The notes under the pieces: generated by a model
What the model saw: the letters and a program-made list of their open reading frames with translations, nothing else
Told to the model about the DNA's origin: nothing
The model's database searches: none
Translations under genes and position numbers: made by a program
Shown: positions 47,001 to 55,932 of the stretch, piece by piece
How positions within the stretch are numbered: the stretch's first letter is position 1
Layout of the letters: the number at the start of each line of letters is the position of its first letter
DNA from: a virus
DNA length: 64,000 nucleotides
IMG/VR virus record: IMGVR_UViG_3300044658_000141
Location: 1-64,000 of that record
Reading direction: 5' to 3' (one strand)

Positions 47001-47460
47001 GGAAGTACGCTATTTCGGTTTGATAGTCCTTGTCGTTTGCACCTGCGGCCACGTATTCGGGTTTGAGTGATATTTTGAGTTGCATACGTGGGACGAGATC
47101 GAACCAAGCCCTCTCGCAGAGAGTCACGCCAGAATATAATTTCGCCAAATTACGTAATTGCTGAAAACTAGGTATGTCGGGATTTTGATTAGTGCGATCA
47201 ACGGGGAAGGTATTGTAGGCTGGAACGAATTTCCACTGGACGGGATAACCTAATGGATTTGCGGATGGTTGGGGTGCGAGCGGAATCCCAGGGCTGAACA
47301 GGGCCGCCTGTCCGGTGGGTATATTTGCTTGCGTGCCGTAAAAAACTTGACCTAGAGTGCCCTGCTTTTGGCCACCAGGCACGTACATTAAACCGTTCCC
47401 AATCGGATAGACAGCAGATCGATTTAGTGCTTCTCTTTTTTTACGGCTTCGCTTATTCAT
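44062..47460 (-). CDS. Portal protein with a long C-terminal insertion
   Basis: After TerL; YGQSRVE..FTEGNIPQG..ICVAAYGL; 1132 aa. Confidence 0.85.
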   Translation of the reverse strand: MNKRSRKKREALNRSAVYPIGNGLMYVPGGQKQGTLGQVFYGTQANIPTGQAALFSPGIPLAPQPSANPLGYPVQWKFVPAYNTFPVDRTNQNPDIPSFQQLRNLAKLYSGVTLCERAWFDLVPRMQLKISLKPEYVAAGANDKDYQTEIAYFRSWFDSPDKMHDLHSWIRIALREQTQIDELYVYKRKKRGGGLYALEIISGDQMKPLLDDWGKIPQPPSYAYQQYPWGLPGAWFRSDEMIHYQESPAADNPYGQSRVERIIMLVNQALRKQKKDLSHFTEGNIPQGMMKVPADATWTPDQIDAFEQAWNALLAGNQSQQVRMRFTQPGMEYQAFEQYQLDPTFDKFLINICVAAYGLSMQDVAFTEDIHKSSGDSQQNVTYRRTIDPLAVVYAGFLTQCMNNDFDPDLHGEMFEASFGGYEEEEDVSELAGAYSELVTSGILGVTNAGKLLKLPDDPNAPYIGRILVTKDGPIFLDDMASDKMRNAALQAKLQGLQQPQQSTQQQKPQQDDSEEEEIPPQKKSSQSKSDQSDEEELSRATAGQMDTSADADADSGDEADELDEEESELPTPEDLAYEDEILQLLKSDQDEPFSELERVYGIDEYGYNPFADLILFARHEPGGHDHDQKTHGDFAHPAYGAKHDTSPAAKQASQATAQLQPKLQAAETKLQSARDALHQAQQNLHNAAPGEKAAARAALHQAQANLHQAVQQMRALRQQEREQRQQEMAKIRAEKAAEREQKQKEAAARREQAAKLKAEKAKAAAKKRAAEAKARAQAQKARLQKQAAAAKAKAERMAAKAQQKAQTAAVKAAKTAAKSANTQSHVAMKSAKAQQAAAKQLQSLVNTIGSKAQLYNALSGRKPSKTWTTQESQEAANIAQDLHDLMQAINSHQNEEDAASLVENLTSAIGKLQGQRGMTQARASVLEKLVQKAQSEMLRAMLADESEYDYYEDEEEEEDATNEQKGLEEKRYTISELLQLLTQQMQEEKASQEDGAHFERSTQNTMVARTEGATHQIDPTPDASSQSGGNDERAISQEYKRWRTRAIDDVKAGRTQRGFTTTLISPDIHKWISDELVECTTPDQVRNVFNRARGKEAEPAIANKDDLAKSVNAVFERVAQRGHRQAATMED

Positions 47461-47503
47461 GCATCTTCACCTAAAAATAGCGGAATCGGCAACTTATTAT
47501 CAC

Positions 47504-48868
47504 TCATCTCGCACCTCCAGGCCACGCAGGTGCTGCGGTTCGCGTGCGGGACAACTCGACACGGCGCTTCATGGCTGCCACTTGTTCAGCTGCTGACAAT
47601 TCGCCTCCACCCATTAACTCAGTAAGTGCCCATACAAGCGCATCCAGCCTATCTGGTGACTTCTGCCCTGTTAATGGCTCCCATTGACACATCTGATCTT
47701 CGAGTAAGGGAAACATACCTACATGATGTACTTTGCCCTGCTCATAGAATGAGGCTATAGGCTCAGCTCGTGTATACTTTCCTCGACTTGCATAGACCTG
47801 CTTGTAAGAAACCTGCTTATCTACAGTACGAACATTCGACTCAACCAACTGCCCACCGTTATTCTGTTCGCCTATGATGCGATCACATCGATATTTATGA
47901 TAGGCTGTCACTGCTTCAGATGCCCAGGTGAGAGGTGAGGCATGTAAGCTCTTATCATCCAAGACATAACCATGCCCATTTCCATCAATACCAGCAACCA
48001 CAATACCGGTCTCTGCACTCTCTTCCTGATCAGTAACAGCAGGATCAATAGCTACGACTACACGCAATAACTCAGGATGTGAGGTTACACGGTATACCTC
48101 AATCATCTCCTCGCGTTTCCATAACGCACCCTCAACATCATCAAGAAGTTCAGCGTATAATTCTTGCCTTCCTAGCCTTGTCCCGGCATAACGCTGCTTA
48201 AGTGTCTCCAACGCAACGGAGGAGAGATTTGCGGCATTATCAAAAGTATTCCCTCTGGTAACATGTATATCTTTACGTGCCAGCAGTTCTTTGAGCCACT
48301 TGATTGGCTTAGGAGTAGTAGTAACAACTGCTTGAGGTGATTGCCCTCGTGGACCTTTTAGACGCAACCCAAACAGTAACTGATCCCAGGTTTCAGATGG
48401 ATATTTAGCGGCACATGGCTCATCGAACCAGGCCCGATGATGTTGTGGACCCCTTAATCGGTCGGGATCTTCAGCACTAAATAGCTTGTACTTTGTTCCA
48501 TTGGTAAGATATAGCTCACCTATTGAGCGGTTCCAAGTAGCAATCTTGTCTTTGGGAAGAATATTGAGCAGACCTGATTCACCCTCGATACAGGTATCCC
48601 TGGCATCGGCAAACGTTGGAGCAACGATAGCGATACGGCTTTTCTTGTATTTGAGCCCGTATGCTTTCACATCTTCTGCTGCTGTCCGAGTTTTCCCGTA
48701 CCCGCGACCCGCGAGTATCAACCACACATTCCAGTTACCTGCAGGAGTCATCTGTTCAGGTCGCGCCCATACAGACCAATCATAGAGCAGTTCAGCCGCT
48801 TGCTCATCAGTAAGCTTTTCAAGCTCAGCACGGGGCAATCTGGCAAGTTGAGCAGCAAGAGTGGTCAT
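47504..48868 (-). CDS. terL: Terminase large subunit
   Basis: AGRGYGKT, LRGPQ..WFDE, TTTPK, AIDPA, SPDRLDALVW. Confidence 0.95.
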   Translation of the reverse strand: MTTLAAQLARLPRAELEKLTDEQAAELLYDWSVWARPEQMTPAGNWNVWLILAGRGYGKTRTAAEDVKAYGLKYKKSRIAIVAPTFADARDTCIEGESGLLNILPKDKIATWNRSIGELYLTNGTKYKLFSAEDPDRLRGPQHHRAWFDEPCAAKYPSETWDQLLFGLRLKGPRGQSPQAVVTTTPKPIKWLKELLARKDIHVTRGNTFDNAANLSSVALETLKQRYAGTRLGRQELYAELLDDVEGALWKREEMIEVYRVTSHPELLRVVVAIDPAVTDQEESAETGIVVAGIDGNGHGYVLDDKSLHASPLTWASEAVTAYHKYRCDRIIGEQNNGGQLVESNVRTVDKQVSYKQVYASRGKYTRAEPIASFYEQGKVHHVGMFPLLEDQMCQWEPLTGQKSPDRLDALVWALTELMGGGELSAAEQVAAMKRRVELSRTRTAAPAWPGGAR

Positions 48869-49392
48869 ATTTCATCGGACTCTTTCAACTGTTCTAGTTT
48901 CTGGAGTAATAACTCTTTTGCGCCGCCAACATCGATAGAACCAGAGTGTTCCACTTGTTGCTTGTCTCGAAATTCAGGAAGTCTCGCCTTTAATAACAAA
49001 CTGAGCAAGGAATCGCTGTATACCCGCTCCATCAATGGCTTCTCAACCTCTTTGCCGTTTTCCCTGACTGTCACAAAAACTTGACGACCCATTGAGACTA
49101 CCGGGCGTTCTGTCCCTTTTACACCACGCTCCCACGCAGCGGCGAAAAGCAGATCATTCGCTTCCTGGTTGGCAATGTTAAAGCGCATCGAGAACGAGTC
49201 GTCATGCTCCTGCCAATACCAAACGGTGCTTCTGTCAACCCCTGCTGCCATACACGCCGCTCGTATATTGGCAGTCATAGACAACGTTTTAAGGAACTTC
49301 TCTTGTATGGCTTCCCGCTCGGCTTTTGTAAGATGTTGCCCTGGTCTACGCATTGCACGTGGTGGTATAGGATTGTTGGATTGTTTAGGCAT
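48865..49392 (-). CDS. terS: Terminase small subunit
   Basis: HTH AACMAAGVDRSTVWYW..YSDSLLSLLLKA; overlaps terL start. Confidence 0.8.
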   Translation of the reverse strand: MPKQSNNPIPPRAMRRPGQHLTKAEREAIQEKFLKTLSMTANIRAACMAAGVDRSTVWYWQEHDDSFSMRFNIANQEANDLLFAAAWERGVKGTERPVVSMGRQVFVTVRENGKEVEKPLMERVYSDSLLSLLLKARLPEFRDKQQVEHSGSIDVGGAKELLLQKLEQLKESDEI

Positions 49393-50446
49393 GTGCCGCC
49401 TCCTCAACCCGTTCGAGTAGTGTGGCTTTACTGAGGATGTGAGTATAGATGTGTTCTGCTATAGCTTGCATAAAACGTGGAGGAACACAGTTACCCATAC
49501 GCTCTACAGCATTTTTTCTTTCACCAGGAAATTGAAATGCATCGGGGAAAGAGGCAATTCGTTTTATTTCACCAACACTCAAGTACCGTTCTCGATCAGG
49601 ATGAATGAGTCCAGTTGTTGCAATTTCACTTTTCACCAGAGTGCAAGCACATTTATCCCAAGAGAGTAATTTTGTGTTTCTGGCGCCGCCAGTTCCACCT
49701 TTGTATTTTTGGAAAGCTTTCTCTGCATAGGCAGTATTATAGTTACCTGCTCTCATTTCTCTGCATGCTTTCCTCAACCAATCCGGTAATGTAGGTGCAA
49801 CCGTATCTTCAATACCCTCAAACGCAAGACGCACCGAAATAGGTCGCGTTTGTGGATCAGGGTAGGTAGGTTCTATATGCAAGTCATTATGCACACCAAT
49901 AAAGATAACTCTCTCTCTCGCCTGCGGTACTCCAAAATAACTCATGTCAATTAAGCGACATTTGACCCAATAACCGCTTTCTTTCAACTCCCTCATGATC
50001 ACAGCAAAGATATGCTTCTTATCTCCTTTAACCATACCGCTAACATTTTCCATTACAAATGTTTTAGGTTTAAGCCCACGTAACAATCGAACATATTCAC
50101 GAAAAAGGTTATTACGAGGATCATCTATTTGTCTCTTACCTGCATCTGAGAAGCCCTGACAGGGTGGCGAGCCATCAAAGATATCTAATTGTCCCGGTTT
50201 CAATCCTGTAAGTTCTAACAACTCTTCAGCAGTAACCGTCTTGATATCTCTATGAAGTACAAGAGTTCCATCATGATTAAGTCTATAAGTTGATACAGCA
50301 TTATCATCCCACTCCACAGCCGCTAGTACTTTACCTCCAGCCCACTTATAGCCGAGTGATGAGCCACCACAACCTGCAAAAGTCGTTATCACGTTGAACT
50401 TATATGGCCCCGGTGGATTGATTGGCTTGTTCACAAAGTCAAGCAT
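49385..50446 (-). CDS. DNA (cytosine-5)-methyltransferase
   Basis: FAGCGG, GSPPCQGFS, MENV, QARERV, GNCV motifs. Confidence 0.93.
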   Translation of the reverse strand: MLDFVNKPINPPGPYKFNVITTFAGCGGSSLGYKWAGGKVLAAVEWDDNAVSTYRLNHDGTLVLHRDIKTVTAEELLELTGLKPGQLDIFDGSPPCQGFSDAGKRQIDDPRNNLFREYVRLLRGLKPKTFVMENVSGMVKGDKKHIFAVIMRELKESGYWVKCRLIDMSYFGVPQARERVIFIGVHNDLHIEPTYPDPQTRPISVRLAFEGIEDTVAPTLPDWLRKACREMRAGNYNTAYAEKAFQKYKGGTGGARNTKLLSWDKCACTLVKSEIATTGLIHPDRERYLSVGEIKRIASFPDAFQFPGERKNAVERMGNCVPPRFMQAIAEHIYTHILSKATLLERVEEAAHA

Positions 50447-51057
50447 TACTTCTTGCCCTTCCCTGACTTCAAGCACAACTTTCCGCACTGATCACACATC
50501 TCTGTATCCAGATCATCAGCAATAGACTCATCATACTCTTTGAAAGTGACTGATTTATCCTCTTTGTTCTCATCACTTCCCAGATACTCATCACCCAACG
50601 CCTCCAACATCTGCCGCAGCGTCTCATCATCAGTACCGAGACTTGCCAGATCGTACCCGGCGTCTTGTTGCTCTTGCAAAAGCTGTGCGAGCAAAGTCTC
50701 ATCATCGCTCGCGTGTTGAGCATGGTTGTTATCTGCAATGAGGTATGCCTCACATTCGATCATGGGCCAGGAGGAAGGAATCAGGTCACATCTCAGACTG
50801 CCTAGCTTTTCATAGTAGGAGGCATGAGCATTTACGAGTTCCTGAGCGGCAAGAACAATACCATGACCGGCGATAATAGTATAAGAGCCATCACCATTCT
50901 CTTTTGCTACAATCGAACGTACTTGACCAAAACGTTCTAGTGAGGCTTTAAGCATCTTTAATTGCTCAGGAGGATGGCTTCGGTAGTTTCTTGCATGAGG
51001 ATAGAGAGAAACTAGCGGTAACATAATATTCTTTTGTACGGGCTCAAGTTCACTCAT
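50446..51057 (-). CDS. ParB/Srx-like N-terminal domain protein
   Basis: NYRSH..SLERFGQ..IIAGHG..YLIADN. Confidence 0.8.
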   Translation of the reverse strand: MSELEPVQKNIMLPLVSLYPHARNYRSHPPEQLKMLKASLERFGQVRSIVAKENGDGSYTIIAGHGIVLAAQELVNAHASYYEKLGSLRCDLIPSSWPMIECEAYLIADNNHAQHASDDETLLAQLLQEQQDAGYDLASLGTDDETLRQMLEALGDEYLGSDENKEDKSVTFKEYDESIADDLDTEMCDQCGKLCLKSGKGKK

Positions 51058-51273
51058 CTCACTTCTCATCCTCACGTCTCGGCATCATAGCCATCGCACC
51101 CGGCATCTGCACGCCATGCACCAACGCATACTGTATCGTTACCAACATCACATCGAAGCACACACACGTCCTCACAATCCTTGGAGGCAACAATCGACGC
51201 CAGATACCACACCTCGGCTCGCCCACATGTATCGGCGCATGGCAGATTGAACATCGTCCAATTAGCTTGCTAT

Positions 51274-51495
51274 TCAATCATCACCTCTGAGGATGTCAAT
51301 TTGCCTGCACGTATGCGCAGGATGGTAAGAGAGAACACGAACAACTAGACCTGCAAGGCAAATCACGCCAGCAACTGTTAAGAGTATAAGCGACAAAATA
51401 GAAAAATGGTTGAATAACATGACCACAATGGTAGTTAAGGTAAATACAAGCAGAGAAAATTTAGGATCGGATACAAAACTACTTATCGTCGGCAT
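51274..51495 (-). CDS. Small two-TM membrane protein
   Basis: AGGAG RBS before MPTISS; two hydrophobic helices. Confidence 0.5.
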   Translation of the reverse strand: MPTISSFVSDPKFSLLVFTLTTIVVMLFNHFSILSLILLTVAGVICLAGLVVRVLSYHPAHTCRQIDILRGDD

Positions 51496-51610
51496 AATAA
51501 ATTCTCCTACTGTTTGTGTTGGCGCGTGGTTGCAGTGTTTGTCTGAGATGTGTGTTGGAAGGCACCTCAACATAACTGATACTTCGCGGCTACCCGTGCC
51601 ACGCGCAAAC

Positions 51611-51657
51611 AAAAAAAGCCATGAGTGTGGCTCAAGGCTCGTAATCAAAATATAGCA
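51611..51657 (-). promoter_or_regulatory. Extended -10 (TGcTATATT) plus hairpin element, copy A, heading the late operon
   Basis: ACGAGCCTTGAGCCACACTCATGGCTTTTTTT at 51642-51611. Confidence 0.78.
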
Positions 51658-51674
51658 TACTTTGGCCGCTAGCG

Positions 51675-51965
51675 CTATCCTACTCGTTTTGACCGCTGAA
51701 GGTCTGCCAGGTCCGTCTCCAGATCCAACGCCGCCTTTCTCAATCTCGTCAACTGTGTCTGCAGTGCCTGCTCATCACCGCACGCCAGCTCGCGCCACGC
51801 TTGGAGCAATGTCATCATGCTGCACGAGCTGATCGTATCATGGCGGCGACAGAGCACGGTGAGCACTGGCTTGCCAGATTTATCATAGCCGATTTCGCCG
51901 ATTTTGTGTGGATGATCTCTATCAAGGACGCAGTTGACTGGCAACATCTTTGACTTGTTATTCAC
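51675..51965 (-). CDS. Zinc-ribbon protein, Mu Com-like (putative late regulator)
   Basis: C-x5-H-xx-KIG...LTVLCRRH resembles Com CxxC-KLL...IEIRCPRC; sits just upstream of element A. Confidence 0.45.
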   Translation of the reverse strand: MNNKSKMLPVNCVLDRDHPHKIGEIGYDKSGKPVLTVLCRRHDTISSCSMMTLLQAWRELACGDEQALQTQLTRLRKAALDLETDLADLQRSKRVG

Positions 51966-52309
51966 AGCGCTTGCTCCACATTCTGCATCTCTTCCCTGCT
52001 AGCCATCTCCTCCAGCATCAGCCGAACATCATCCACAGATCGACACGAGCCCAGACCAACAAACACATTGGCCAACGTCTGTTGTACAGGATCTGGCATG
52101 CTCCTCTCTACAAAGCGTACATAAGACCGATGACAACGACAAAGAGGTGTCATTTCCAGCGAATCGACCCCGCCAGAGGAGAGCAAATGAAACATTTTTA
52201 CCCCTCCGCAGAGAAGATGATAGAGATAGACAGCAGAACAATCAGCAATGAGTAGGTTTTCGTCGTCGGCCCAGATGCGCGTTATTCCCTCGTTGAAAAG
52301 GTGCTTCAT
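51962..52309 (-). CDS. Hypothetical protein with Cys/His pairs
   Basis: HLLC..CRCH; coupled to its neighbours. Confidence 0.55.
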   Translation of the reverse strand: MKHLFNEGITRIWADDENLLIADCSAVYLYHLLCGGVKMFHLLSSGGVDSLEMTPLCRCHRSYVRFVERSMPDPVQQTLANVFVGLGSCRSVDDVRLMLEEMASREEMQNVEQAL

Positions 52310-52854
52310 GGCATCTGCTCCTGTTCCTGCGTACGTACCCGCCGTCGAGATGGAGGAGTGAGAAGCTGAGTAAGCATCTCAGTCTGCTTGCAAAGTTCCT
52401 GATAGTGCACTTCGAGCATTTTACTCTGTCGGAGCAGTTCTTTGTCCTGTGCTTGAAGATGCTTAACAATATGCTCTATATCATGAAATGACCTTTGAGT
52501 TGTCTTGAACATTTCATCAGCTTGTATTTCTGCTTTTCTACCCAATACATTCTGACCAACAGCAAGAACTGGTAGCATGGTTAGCTGGATGAACGTTTGT
52601 GATACCCATATTACATATATTGCAACAAGAGGGCCAAGCCATTGTGCAAACGCAGGAAAGCCAAGGATCGCGAGACAGGCAAATGCATAAGCAGTCCACA
52701 TCGTCCCGGTCATCCTAGTTATAATCACGGCAATCTTCTGATTAAATCCGGCTTGCTGACATTCTTCGTTATGAATTATGTTAGGATTTTTTGGCACATG
52801 TGGATGATGAGGATGCCAGTAAATGACATTTTGTTCAAGCTCTTCTTTTGGCAC
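52306..52854 (-). CDS. DUF1003-like membrane protein
   Basis: FNQKIAV.IT..GTMW..W.SQTFIQL..LP.L.VGQN. Confidence 0.7.
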   Translation of the reverse strand: MPKEELEQNVIYWHPHHPHVPKNPNIIHNEECQQAGFNQKIAVIITRMTGTMWTAYAFACLAILGFPAFAQWLGPLVAIYVIWVSQTFIQLTMLPVLAVGQNVLGRKAEIQADEMFKTTQRSFHDIEHIVKHLQAQDKELLRQSKMLEVHYQELCKQTEMLTQLLTPPSRRRVRTQEQEQMP

Positions 52855-52862
52855 GGCTCACC

Positions 52863-53162
52863 TCATTTCTGCTCGTGCGACTCTCTTAAAATAGCTTCAG
52901 CTTCGTCCAACACGTCACGCTCATTGAGCGATGTTTCCTTAAGATGACCATACCCCCACCATCTCACAAATTGCTGACATTCCCACTGACTATGATAGAA
53001 CGGATTCACATAGTATCCACAGCCTGTGCACTCTATGCGTACGCATTCGCCTTGCGTCTGACAGAACAGTTCAAGTGCTCTCTGGCTCTGGACCATAATG
53101 ATCATGCCTGGCGGCAATATATATTTTCCACAAGATGGACAAGTGGATAATATTCTCCTCAT
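52863..53162 (-). CDS. Zinc-ribbon protein
   Basis: CPSCG..CTGCG; GGAG RBS. Confidence 0.55.
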   Translation of the reverse strand: MRRILSTCPSCGKYILPPGMIIMVQSQRALELFCQTQGECVRIECTGCGYYVNPFYHSQWECQQFVRWWGYGHLKETSLNERDVLDEAEAILRESHEQK

Positions 53163-53175
53163 ATCGCATTCTCCG

Positions 53176-54255
53176 CTATTTCCCGACCATCGCTGCATAT
53201 TTGGCCAACGTGCTTTGATTTGCCGCATTTTGCAGATCGCTTGTAAACACCAGAATAGCAACAGCGCCATTGTTAATCGCTGTAGACAAATCCGCATCAA
53301 GTTTATCCCCGCTAGTTCCTGTATCATTTCTCTGCTCCGCCAATATTGGCCAGCCCTTTGGCAAAACTGAAAAACTGCTTGGTAGTCCCTGCCCAGCAAT
53401 AAGCCCGTTATCCTGAATCCAAATGTTTCTATTGTTGAGTTTAGCAATATAATTGATGACATCTTGCTCCTTCAGCGATCCGCCAAGAAAAGAAGCGTCA
53501 GGCATCAGTGCAAGAGGAGTTTTTGTGAAATTCGCTGCGTACATGGTCACAATCTGCTGAATGGTGTTGAACCAGACCTGATCAGAATAGCCGATCGCCT
53601 GCCAGAGCTTAAGCATATTCGGATTCTTCATCGTGTCCACTTTCGTTTCGCCACCATCTCCTACGCCAATTTCTATGCAAGTAATATTCGGATTGTCATC
53701 ATAGCGGACGGCAAAAGCATGGATAAAATCAGCGAGTGAGGCCAGGAAGTGTGGGTTCCAGTACTGCGGTTTGATCGCTCCGTCTGTTTCCGTGACGTGC
53801 TGGACGCCCTGATCAAATACCCATTGCGGGGTGCCCTGCTTGCTGTTTTGCTCAGGCTGCCATTTGGCCCACCCAGCGGTAGAAATGCGAAGGATAACGG
53901 ATTTACCGGCTTTTATCCACGGCTGCATATCATTATCGATCAGTGACCAGTTGAATTGTCCGCCTTGTGGCTCCAACTGTGACCAATAATATGTGAGTGC
54001 TGTCCCGGCGACATTTGGATTATCTACAAAAAGCGAGGTCTTTGCCATGTTGTTAAAAGCAAAGATGCCACGGAAACCAGTAGTTGCAGGCGGTGTAACT
54101 GGAGGTGGTGTGACAGGTGGAGTAGGGATCACGCCAGCATCTTGTTGAAGTTGTGTCAGGTTCGATTGAATTTTGTTATAGAGATCTAGCACATTAGCAG
54201 CGGTATCAACGTGGATAATTTCCCAGGTACCATCAGGCATACGTGTAAGGTCCAT
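53176..54255 (-). CDS. Glycoside hydrolase (GH42/GH-A-like TIM barrel) with Pro-Thr linker
   Basis: WSQLEPQGGQFNW..GTPQWV..PQYWN..RYD..GGE. Confidence 0.75.
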   Translation of the reverse strand: MDLTRMPDGTWEIIHVDTAANVLDLYNKIQSNLTQLQQDAGVIPTPPVTPPPVTPPATTGFRGIFAFNNMAKTSLFVDNPNVAGTALTYYWSQLEPQGGQFNWSLIDNDMQPWIKAGKSVILRISTAGWAKWQPEQNSKQGTPQWVFDQGVQHVTETDGAIKPQYWNPHFLASLADFIHAFAVRYDDNPNITCIEIGVGDGGETKVDTMKNPNMLKLWQAIGYSDQVWFNTIQQIVTMYAANFTKTPLALMPDASFLGGSLKEQDVINYIAKLNNRNIWIQDNGLIAGQGLPSSFSVLPKGWPILAEQRNDTGTSGDKLDADLSTAINNGAVAILVFTSDLQNAANQSTLAKYAAMVGK

Positions 54256-54259
54256 CCTT

Positions 54260-54571
54260 CTATTCTCCCCGAAGCCAAGAAATATGGCAATCGCCAAACT
54301 CTTCCAGAAAATCAATCATCTGCCGCAAGCTACGATAAATTTGCACTTGCAAATGGTTTGTATCGATATGCACATGACCGCTCGGAAACAAAACGCCATA
54401 GGCTTCATGGCGCGCAAAACCTCGCAGTTGCTTTTTGCGATTGTCGAAGACCACATGGAACAGTCCATATGCTGGTACCTCCTCCTCTGACACATCCACC
54501 ACGACACGATCGAGAAACATGTCACGGTTAATTGGCAAAATCGTGATTTTCGGGTCTGCTTCTCTGGTCAT
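54260..54571 (-). CDS. Hypothetical protein
   Basis: GGGGAG RBS; AYGVLFPSG. Confidence 0.6.
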   Translation of the reverse strand: MTREADPKITILPINRDMFLDRVVVDVSEEEVPAYGLFHVVFDNRKKQLRGFARHEAYGVLFPSGHVHIDTNHLQVQIYRSLRQMIDFLEEFGDCHISWLRGE

Positions 54572-54693
54572 AGTCTCCCCTCACAGATTAATTAAAACAG
54601 GCATAGCATGCAAATACAATATCGCTAATCCAGTAACACACAAAACAAACACGGCGATCGCTATAATGCCCAGCCAGAACTCCTCTTTTGAAC

Positions 54694-54939
54694 TCATCGC
54701 CGCACAGCCAGAATGCTTACCAGAATGACAAGAGCTGCCGTGATGCCAATCGCGAACCGCCAAGCAGCCTCTCCAATCACCGCTCCACGCGCGAGCAGGA
54801 CAAACCAAAAATCGAGAATCATGAGCAACTGCACCGCACAGGCCAATGATTTCCATCCGGGTTTCATCCATCGCGGCTCCGTGCAGACATGCCGTTTCTG
54901 TTGTCGTCCTTGTGGACCTGGATAGCCCCATACTGTCAT
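54694..54939 (-). CDS. Small two-TM membrane protein
   Basis: Two hydrophobic helices. Confidence 0.45.
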   Translation of the reverse strand: MTVWGYPGPQGRQQKRHVCTEPRWMKPGWKSLACAVQLLMILDFWFVLLARGAVIGEAAWRFAIGITAALVILVSILAVRR

Positions 54940-54967
54940 ATCACTTCTCGCTGCTATTGCACAAAAA

Positions 54968-55071
54968 TTGACATGCTCCCCATGTCTAAAGACAGGGGCT
55001 TCTCACAATCACGCACCGGGTCTTATGCTCTCTCCACAGGCAGCCACCGCTTGTCCAGCGGCCAGAATGTT
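54968..55071 (-). ncRNA. Orphan tnpB tail/omegaRNA plus IS605 right end
   Basis: Encodes NILAAGQAVAACGE (TnpB C-terminal tail), then GAAGCCCCTGTCTTTAGACATGGGGAGCATGTCAA. Confidence 0.65.
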
Positions 55072-55481
55072 GTTTAATCGAGGAAAAGCGCTTAGGCGTC
55101 GTCTGTCTTTGTGGCAACACGCCGCTCAACTCCTTGCTCGCAGCAGCAAAACCACTAGTACAAGGACTTCCAGCGACAGAACGAGCCCAATCAGCCAGCA
55201 GCTATATCCTATTCCTGGCACCATCGTCATAAATTGGCAAATCAGGACCAATGCAAACAGACCAAGGATCAACCACTCCAATACCCGATTTCGTGGTGCA
55301 TCCCAGCAAGGCGTTGTCGCTGCATAACGATAGCGCGCCATGTCACGACTCCTACTATCAAAACAAAAAGGCACCGATCTCCCATAAAAAGAGATCGATG
55401 CCCGATGATTGGCCGCAGCCCTCTAGTTCAGCATCTATGCAGGAGTTTCGTCCCTGCTCGAACGGATAGATAGCACTATCA

Positions 55482-55904
55482 TTATTTCTTTGCTGGTCTC
55501 TTCCGATGTTTCTTGAGCCTCGGCAAGATCGCCTCGATGAAACCGTTCACCAGAAGCAGACATGCCTCACCAGTTCCATGATCATAACTGCGCACAAGAG
55601 CCACCGCCTCACCTATATCTTTTGCTTCCGAGACCGATAGTTGCACGCGCGTCATTTTACTGGTATCAATAGCAGGAAGAGCAGCGTCCGTATCGCAACA
55701 AAACATACTACAAGCCCACCTTCTCGTATGCTTTGTATAAGCATAGCAGATAAGCGGGCCATTTTCAATTGTGCCAGCGTGTACCATATTTTGATGTTCA
55801 TTCACAACCCATCGCTCCACTTCTGCCGCCAACTCATCATACCGTTGCTGATCCGCACTCTTTTCCTGATTGCCGCTAAACAGATTACCTAAGAAACTCA
55901 TCAT
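55482..55904 (-). CDS. Hypothetical protein
   Basis: AAGGA RBS. Confidence 0.6.
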   Translation of the reverse strand: MMSFLGNLFSGNQEKSADQQRYDELAAEVERWVVNEHQNMVHAGTIENGPLICYAYTKHTRRWACSMFCCDTDAALPAIDTSKMTRVQLSVSEAKDIGEAVALVRSYDHGTGEACLLLVNGFIEAILPRLKKHRKRPAKK

Positions 55905-55932
55905 CTTATCCTTTCACTTTGCTGTTCAACTC

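Noticed and set aside
49385-50446. Methyltransferase as part of a restriction-modification system
   Set aside because: No adjacent restriction endonuclease; ParB-MTase-terS arrangement is a common orphan phage layout
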